The position numbers were made by a program, and so were the translations under genes. From positions 1 to 29,691 of the forward strand of contig CAZSME010000001.1 in NCBI GenBank assembly GCA_964607665.1: DNA of 29,691 bases, written 5' to 3'. The notes beneath the pieces are model-generated. The model had not been told where the DNA came from. It saw only the letters and a program-made list of their open reading frames with translations, and made no database searches. This stretch comes from an uncultured Nitrospirota bacterium. GTDB lineage: Bacteria; Nitrospirota; Nitrospiria; SBBL01; SBBA01. Below are positions 24,293-29,691 of the stretch, one piece after another. The first letter of the stretch is position 1, and each line of letters begins with the position of its first letter.

Positions 24293-24618
24293 CCCATCCG
24301 GTTCGGCGTGGGGACGTCTTCCTTGTCAGCCTGAACCCTGTGCGGGGGAAGGAAATTCAGAAGACCCGGCCCTGTGTTATCGTCTCCCCCGATGAGATGA
24401 ATGCGCACCTTCGTACCTTTATTGTTGCGCCACTGACTACGGGAAGCCACCTGTATCCCTTTCGGATTCCGTCTCGTTTTGGTAATCGCATGGGTCACGT
24501 TGTTCTTGACCAGATTCGTACTGTAGATCATGAACGACTTGAAAAACGGCTCGGCCGTTTGGCACCTCCAATAATGGCACGTTGCTTGGGGACGCTCCAA
24601 GAGATGTTTGCTCCATGA
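24280..24618 (+). CDS. mazF: PemK/MazF family endoribonuclease toxin
   Basis: RRGDVFLVSLNP.RG.EIQKTRPCVIVSPDEMN..LRT.IVAPLTT, LDQIRTVD..RL; overlaps the antitoxin gene by 13 nt. Confidence 0.94.
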   Translation: MDRVAHPVRRGDVFLVSLNPVRGKEIQKTRPCVIVSPDEMNAHLRTFIVAPLTTGSHLYPFRIPSRFGNRMGHVVLDQIRTVDHERLEKRLGRLAPPIMARCLGTLQEMFAP

Positions 24619-24648
24619 GCCAATAGCCACACGGGGAGGACCGATTTT

Positions 24649-26823
24649 TTGAAGACAAAATCCAATACCCCTTTAACCGATATCTCACTGGAGGAAATTC
24701 AAAAGCGGATCCACACGTATGCCCCGGATGCCGACCTCTCCCTCATTTCCAAGGCCTATCACTTTTCCGCTGCCGCCCATGAAGGGCAATTACGACAATC
24801 GGGCGAACCCTATCTTCACCATCCGCTGGCCGTTGCCACCATTTTAACCGAACTGGAACTTTCGCCCGATTCGATCATTGCCGGCCTGTTACACGATGTT
24901 CTGGAAGATACCCCGATCACGCTAGAGAGATTGCAGGCCGAGTTCGGAAAGGAGGTCGCCCATCTGGTTTCGGGGGTGACCAAGATCGGACAGATCGAGT
25001 TCCGAAGCCTTGAGGAAAAGCAGGCGGAAAACTTTCGAAAGATGATTGTGTCGATCGCCCAGGATTTCCGTGTGCTGCTCATTAAGCTCGCGGATCGTTT
25101 GCACAATATGCGCACCCTTTCGGCCCTGGACGAAACAAGACAAAAATGGATCGCGCAGGAAACCCTCGAGATTTACGCGCCGTTAGCAAATCGCATGGGC
25201 ATCGGATGGATCAAATCGGAATTGGAGGATCTGGCCTTTCAATATGTCAAACCGGATATCTACCAGATGCTGGTCAAAAAAATGGCGATTGGTCGGAAGG
25301 AACGCGATGCCTATATTGCCCGTGTGATCCGCGAAGTGAAAAAGGCGCTTGCCGATAACGGATTGCCGGGCACCCTGTACGGAAGGACCAAGCATCTCTT
25401 GGGGATTTATCAAAAAATGATCCGGCAGGGGATTCCCTTTGAGGATGTGTATGACGTCATGGGAATACGGATTATTACCGACTCAAAAATGAACTGTTAC
25501 GCCATTTTAGGGGTCATCCACTCGCTCTGGTCGCATTTGCCAACCCGGTTCAAAGACTTCATCTCGCTGCCAAAATCCAATCTCTACCAATCCCTTCACA
25601 CGACCGTCATTGCGTCGGAAGGCCGACATGTTGAATTTCAAATTCGCACGGAAGAGATGCACCAGTTGGCCGAACAGGGGATGGCCTCCCATTGGGTGTA
25701 CAAGGAAAAGAAACCGATCCGGCAGAAAGAGGAGAAGGCGTTCGCGTGGCTCCGGCAACTCATGGAATGGCAGGAAGATATCTCGGATACGCGCCAGTTT
25801 ATGGACTCGGTCAAGAGCGATCTTTTTTCGGATGTGGTCTATATCTTTACGCCAAAGGGGGATGTCAAAGAATTACTGCGCGGCTCGACCCCCATCGATT
25901 TTGCCTACGCGATTCATACCGAGGTGGGTAACCACTGTGTGGGGGCCAAGGTCAACGGGAAGATGGTGCCGCTGGGACATTCGCTCAAAAACGGTGATCG
26001 TGTTGAAATTTTAACCTCCGCCGCACACCTGCCCAGCCGAGACTGGCTGAAGCTGGTTAAGACCCCCAAGGCCAGGGCAAAAATCAAGCACTTCATCCAG
26101 ACGGAAGAACGAACCCGCAGTATGGAGATTGGCAAACGACTTTTGGAACGCGAATTAAAAAAGGCACGATTGAATCCCAAAGAGGTCTTTAAATCGGATC
26201 GGATCTTCCTTGCGGTGAAAGAGATGCAGATTGCCACGCTGGACGATCTTTTTGTCGCGATTGGCTATGGACGTATTGGGGCGGCCCAGGTCATTCGACC
26301 CCTCCTTCCGGAGCCGCTTATTAAAGAGGCCCTTGTGAAGGAGCCTCATCGAGAGACCGGAAAGAATGCCGTTAAAATCAAAGGGCTGGGGGATATCCTG
26401 ATCCACCTTTCAAAATGTTGCGCGCCGGTTCCGGGCGATCCGATTATCGGTTTTATTACGCGCGGCCGCGGCATCTCGATTCACACGGTGGCCTGTCCCA
26501 ATATCGACCATTTCGATTATGATCAGGATCGTCTCGTCGAGGTCACATGGGATAAAGAAACGGGCATTACGCATTCGGTCGATATCTCCGTTCTCACGGT
26601 GGATCAGCCCGGCATTTTAGCCGCGGTCTCCACGGTGATTTCACAGGCGGAAAGCAATATCAGTCGTGCGGAGATTATCACGACCCACGACCGAAAAGCC
26701 GCCCTTCAATTTTCGATCGACATTCGAGATACCACCCATCTGGAACAGGTGATCAATAACATCGAGAAGGTCGAAGGCATCCTCAAAGTCCATCGGATGA
26801 AAGCCCAGCCGAAAAATCGATAG
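24649..26823 (+). CDS. rel: Bifunctional (p)ppGpp synthetase/hydrolase, long RSH (Rel)
   Basis: Hydrolase motifs SGEPY..HP, LLHDVLEDT and IKLADRLHNMRTL; synthetase motifs GRTKH, RFKD, YQSLHT and EFQIRT; TGS domain (TPKG...GSTPIDFAY.IHT); CC zinc finger (KCC.P.PGD...H...C); ACT domain. TTG start after GGAGGA. Confidence 0.97.
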   Translation: MKTKSNTPLTDISLEEIQKRIHTYAPDADLSLISKAYHFSAAAHEGQLRQSGEPYLHHPLAVATILTELELSPDSIIAGLLHDVLEDTPITLERLQAEFGKEVAHLVSGVTKIGQIEFRSLEEKQAENFRKMIVSIAQDFRVLLIKLADRLHNMRTLSALDETRQKWIAQETLEIYAPLANRMGIGWIKSELEDLAFQYVKPDIYQMLVKKMAIGRKERDAYIARVIREVKKALADNGLPGTLYGRTKHLLGIYQKMIRQGIPFEDVYDVMGIRIITDSKMNCYAILGVIHSLWSHLPTRFKDFISLPKSNLYQSLHTTVIASEGRHVEFQIRTEEMHQLAEQGMASHWVYKEKKPIRQKEEKAFAWLRQLMEWQEDISDTRQFMDSVKSDLFSDVVYIFTPKGDVKELLRGSTPIDFAYAIHTEVGNHCVGAKVNGKMVPLGHSLKNGDRVEILTSAAHLPSRDWLKLVKTPKARAKIKHFIQTEERTRSMEIGKRLLERELKKARLNPKEVFKSDRIFLAVKEMQIATLDDLFVAIGYGRIGAAQVIRPLLPEPLIKEALVKEPHRETGKNAVKIKGLGDILIHLSKCCAPVPGDPIIGFITRGRGISIHTVACPNIDHFDYDQDRLVEVTWDKETGITHSVDISVLTVDQPGILAAVSTVISQAESNISRAEIITTHDRKAALQFSIDIRDTTHLEQVINNIEKVEGILKVHRMKAQPKNR

Positions 26824-26844
26824 CGGCGATTCAGAAAGAACACG

Positions 26845-27144
26845 ATGCCCCCCTTTTCGGAAATCATTCGAATCAGAATCGAGCAAAAGATAAAAGCGGC
26901 GCTGGCCCCCGTGCATCTTTGTATCGTGGATGAAACGGAAAAACATATCGGTCATCGCGGTGCAACGGCGGGCAAGGGCCACTTTATTCTGCACGTGGTT
27001 TCCGATCGATTCGAGGGGATTCCACTGCTCAATCGAAATCGGATGATCTTTGCCACTCTAAAAGAGGAGATGACTTCGGAAATTCACGCCCTTTCGATTC
27101 AGGCGATGACGCCTTCAGAATGGAAATCGTCCGGTGCTGTCTGA
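26845..27144 (+). CDS. bolA: BolA family protein
   Basis: [52 protein letters not shown]. Confidence 0.92.
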   Translation: MPPFSEIIRIRIEQKIKAALAPVHLCIVDETEKHIGHRGATAGKGHFILHVVSDRFEGIPLLNRNRMIFATLKEEMTSEIHALSIQAMTPSEWKSSGAV

Positions 27145-27236
27145 GGGCGACCGCGACTTTTGACTTTTTTTTCCAAACCTGTTAGGTTGCGGCCCATTAC
27201 AGTACATCATTCGGCGTGTGAGGATCGCGTGTTGGG

Positions 27237-27314
<78 letters not shown>

Positions 27315-27423
27315 CTCCGCTGCAAGCGGCAGCGGTAGGACTTGCGGGTATCGGTCACATAAACGTTATCGGGGCAAATAACGAAGCGTTCGCCAACAGA
27401 GGGTCTAATCAGAGGAGACGGGC

Positions 27424-27714
27424 ATGGACAATACAGCAGATAAGGTCGCGGCGCACATCTTTATTAGTGGTCAGGTCCAGGGGGTCGGTTTTCGCAACTT
27501 TTCGCAACGCTACGCGTTTCTTCTTGGACTCAAAGGATTTGTGAAAAACCTCGCCGATGGCCGGGTTGAACTTGAGGTGGAGGGCGATCGAACTAAAATC
27601 GACCTTTTTCTGGAACATCTGCACCGGGGACCGACGCTTTCAAAGCTGATAAAACTCGACGTCTCATGGAATACCGCATCCAACCGCTTCAAAGATTTTG
27701 CGATCGTCTTGTAA
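27424..27714 (+). CDS. acyP: Acylphosphatase
   Basis: [35 protein letters not shown]. Confidence 0.95.
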   Translation: MDNTADKVAAHIFISGQVQGVGFRNFSQRYAFLLGLKGFVKNLADGRVELEVEGDRTKIDLFLEHLHRGPTLSKLIKLDVSWNTASNRFKDFAIVL

Positions 27715-27735
27715 GAAAGGACGCTTCCCTGCGAA

Positions 27736-28812
27736 ATGAAAACCGCACGTCTCCGTAAAACAACGACCCGGAAAACCGGAAAGGGGAAGGGAGCGATCAA
27801 TCAACATCAACAAAAAAATCCTCAGGGGGTAGAAGAGGATACGACCCCCCCCGATCACGAATCCGAGGAAGACGGTCCTGTATCCCTTTCTGCGCCCGTT
27901 GACTTCAACCTCGATGCGTCAGACCATCCCGATCTTGATCCTGCGGCCGACGAATCCTCCGATAGGGAGACCTCTTCCCAATCCATGGAGGCGATTGCCG
28001 CTTATCTGAAGGATATTTCCCGCTCGCCCCTCCTCACCGCGGAAGAAGAGGTCGCGCTGGCGAAAAAGATCGCACGAGGGGATATGGCCGCGCGGCAAAA
28101 GATGATTGAGTCAAACTTGCGGTTGGTCGTCAACATGGCCAAGCGATATCTCAACAAAGGACTTCCCTTCCCGGACCTTATTGAAGAAGGCAATCTGGGC
28201 CTCATCAAAGCGGTCGAAAAATTTAACCATAAAAAGGGATTTCGATTTTCAACATACGCCTCCTGGTGGATTCGTCAATCCATACAGCGTGCCCTGGTCA
28301 ATCACAGCAAGGTGATTCGTATCCCCGTGCATGTGGTCGAGCAGATCAATCACTATCTTTCTGCCCTCGAAGATTTGGTCCAGGAGCGGGGACGCGATCC
28401 GAAACGTTCTGAAATTGCCCGGCAAATGCGGCTGTCCGAAAAACGGGTCATACAAATCCAACAGCTTTTGCGAAAGACCTACTCGTTGGACGATCCGCTT
28501 CCCGAGAGTACGACAGACGCAACATTGCAAGATGTGATTGAAGATGTGGGACAGATATCGCCTGTTGCGGCATTGGAGGAAAAATATCTCAAGGAAAAAC
28601 TGGTGCAATGGCTTCAATCCCTCAACGAAACGGAACGTCAGGTTATTCTATTACGATTTGGCCTCGAGGATGAGAAACCTAAAACATTGGAAGAGATCGG
28701 AAGCGTATTGGGACTGACACGGGAACGAATCCGACAGGTCGAATTATCCGCCATCCGGTCGTTACGGGTGATGGTGCGTAAAAAAAAGAATAAGGAAGAT
28801 ACGGTCATTTAG
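27736..28812 (+). CDS. rpoS: Group 2 sigma70 factor, RpoS-like
   Basis: Region 1.2 (AYLKDI...LLT.EEE), region 2 (NLRLVV.MAKRY...[17 protein letters not shown]...[15 protein letters not shown]), region 4 ([16 protein letters not shown]); lacks region 1.1. The rpoS-apt adjacency supports the name, but it remains an inference. Confidence 0.8.
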   Translation: MKTARLRKTTTRKTGKGKGAINQHQQKNPQGVEEDTTPPDHESEEDGPVSLSAPVDFNLDASDHPDLDPAADESSDRETSSQSMEAIAAYLKDISRSPLLTAEEEVALAKKIARGDMAARQKMIESNLRLVVNMAKRYLNKGLPFPDLIEEGNLGLIKAVEKFNHKKGFRFSTYASWWIRQSIQRALVNHSKVIRIPVHVVEQINHYLSALEDLVQERGRDPKRSEIARQMRLSEKRVIQIQQLLRKTYSLDDPLPESTTDATLQDVIEDVGQISPVAALEEKYLKEKLVQWLQSLNETERQVILLRFGLEDEKPKTLEEIGSVLGLTRERIRQVELSAIRSLRVMVRKKKNKEDTVI

Positions 28813-28836
28813 ACCCTTTACTTGGAGGTGAAGCGG

Positions 28837-29352
28837 ATGGACTTAAAAGCAATGATTCGGGAAGTGCCTGACTTCCCGAAAAAGGGAATCAATTTTTATG
28901 ATGTAACGACCCTTCTTAAAGAGGGGGAGGCCTTTCAAGAAGTTCTCACCCTCCTGGCGACCCCTTTTAAAGGAAAAGGGGTGCAGAAGGTCGTTGCTGT
29001 TGAGGCGCGTGGTTTTATTTTTGGAACGCCGGTTGCCCAAGCCTTGGGCGCGGGATTTGTTCCCGTTCGAAAACCAGGGAAACTCCCTTACAAAACGATC
29101 GAAGAAACGTATCAACTGGAATACGGCTCCGACCGACTGGCCATTCATGAAGACGCGATCAGGTCAGGAGAACGGGTTTTAATCGTGGACGATCTACTGG
29201 CAACCGGGGGAACCATCGCGGCCACCGTCAATCTGGTTAAAAAACTGGGCGGTGATATTGTGGGCATTGCCTTTGTTATTGAATTGGTGGGCCTCAAAGG
29301 ACGGCTGAAACTTCCGAACCTTCCGATCGTATCCCTGCTCACGTACGATTAA
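28837..29352 (+). CDS. apt: Adenine phosphoribosyltransferase
   Basis: IREVPDFPKKGINFYDVTTLL, EARGFIFG, VRKPGKLP, LEYG.D, PRPP motif VLIVDDLLATGGT; SD GGAGGTG before ATG 28837. Confidence 0.97.
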   Translation: MDLKAMIREVPDFPKKGINFYDVTTLLKEGEAFQEVLTLLATPFKGKGVQKVVAVEARGFIFGTPVAQALGAGFVPVRKPGKLPYKTIEETYQLEYGSDRLAIHEDAIRSGERVLIVDDLLATGGTIAATVNLVKKLGGDIVGIAFVIELVGLKGRLKLPNLPIVSLLTYD

Positions 29353-29358
29353 TGCTAC

Positions 29359-29558
29359 TTCGCTTTCGAGATGAGACGATCTATTTGTGTTTTCAACGCT
29401 TCCTTACACTTTAATTTCTGTCATTCCGGCGTGCTTCTCGCCGGAATCCAGGGTTATGCCATTACGGGCAACTCTGGATTCCGGATGAAACATTTCCGGA
29501 ATGACGACAGGGCGTTACTTTATGATGAGGTCATTAATCGTCTCATCTTGAAGACGAA
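29359..29558. mobile_element. Putative MITE-like element: 26-bp imperfect terminal inverted repeats enclosing a family A repeat
   Basis: 29359-29384 matches the reverse complement of 29533-29558 at 21 of 26 positions (core AGATGAGACGAT perfect). Confidence 0.45.
29420..29505. repeat. Family A palindromic repeat, full-length copy
   Basis: GTCATTCCGGC-N8-GCCGGAATCCAG...CTGGATTCCGG...CCGGAATGAC, the same architecture as 3770-3847. Confidence 0.9.
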
Positions 29559-29587
29559 TTAGAATAATGTCCCCTTCCCGGCCGGGC

Positions 29588-29691
29588 TTACGGCGTCTCG
29601 TTTGTCGCAAATAGCTTGCGATCGAGACTGCGATATTGAACCGCTTCCGCGATATCGGGCGCGAGAATAGCGTCCCTTCCTGCGAGGTCGG
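29588..29691 (-). CDS. comM: C-terminal fragment of a YifB/ComM Mg-chelatase-like AAA+ ATPase (truncated by the window edge)
   Basis: Minus-strand frame reads DLAGRDAILAPDIAEAVQYRSLDRKLFATNETP*, matching the ComM/YifB C-terminal motif DLAG...I.EA.QYR.LDR. Not in the ORF track. Confidence 0.8.
   Translation of the reverse strand, partial: DLAGRDAILAPDIAEAVQYRSLDRKLFATNETP

Noticed and set aside
29371-29562. 63-aa ORF after apt
   Set aside because: It runs through the family A repeat and the inverted-repeat element and has no protein-like features.

Overview
Chromosomal window from a bacterium of roughly mid-50s % GC by eye (not computed). The gene content suggests Nitrospirota, which is an inference. 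From left to right it carries: (1) the membrane-arm end of an unusual complex I operon (nuoK, two MrpD/NuoL-like subunits, two nuoM), interrupted by a DUF4160/DUF2442 cassette, with no nuoN following; (2) a HigBA-type toxin-antitoxin (TA) pair, a monoheme cytochrome c and pabB-pabC; (3) a long minus-strand run of moxR, DUF58, tgpA, a GldA/F/G-like ABC system, DUF4340, a chagasin-like protein, tRNA-Glu, yajQ, DUF169 and a CNNM/CorC protein; (4) mazEF directly upstream of rel, then bolA, tRNA-Pro, acyP, an rpoS-like sigma factor, apt and the 3' end of comM/yifB. Three families of short palindromic repeats sit in many intergenic gaps. The most notable signal is the complex I module. Its second MrpD-like subunit has a NuoL-type transverse helix about 50 residues longer than canonical, built from 26-residue units, which fits a membrane arm with up to five antiporter-like pumps. 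Family calls come from motif recognition only; no searches were run.
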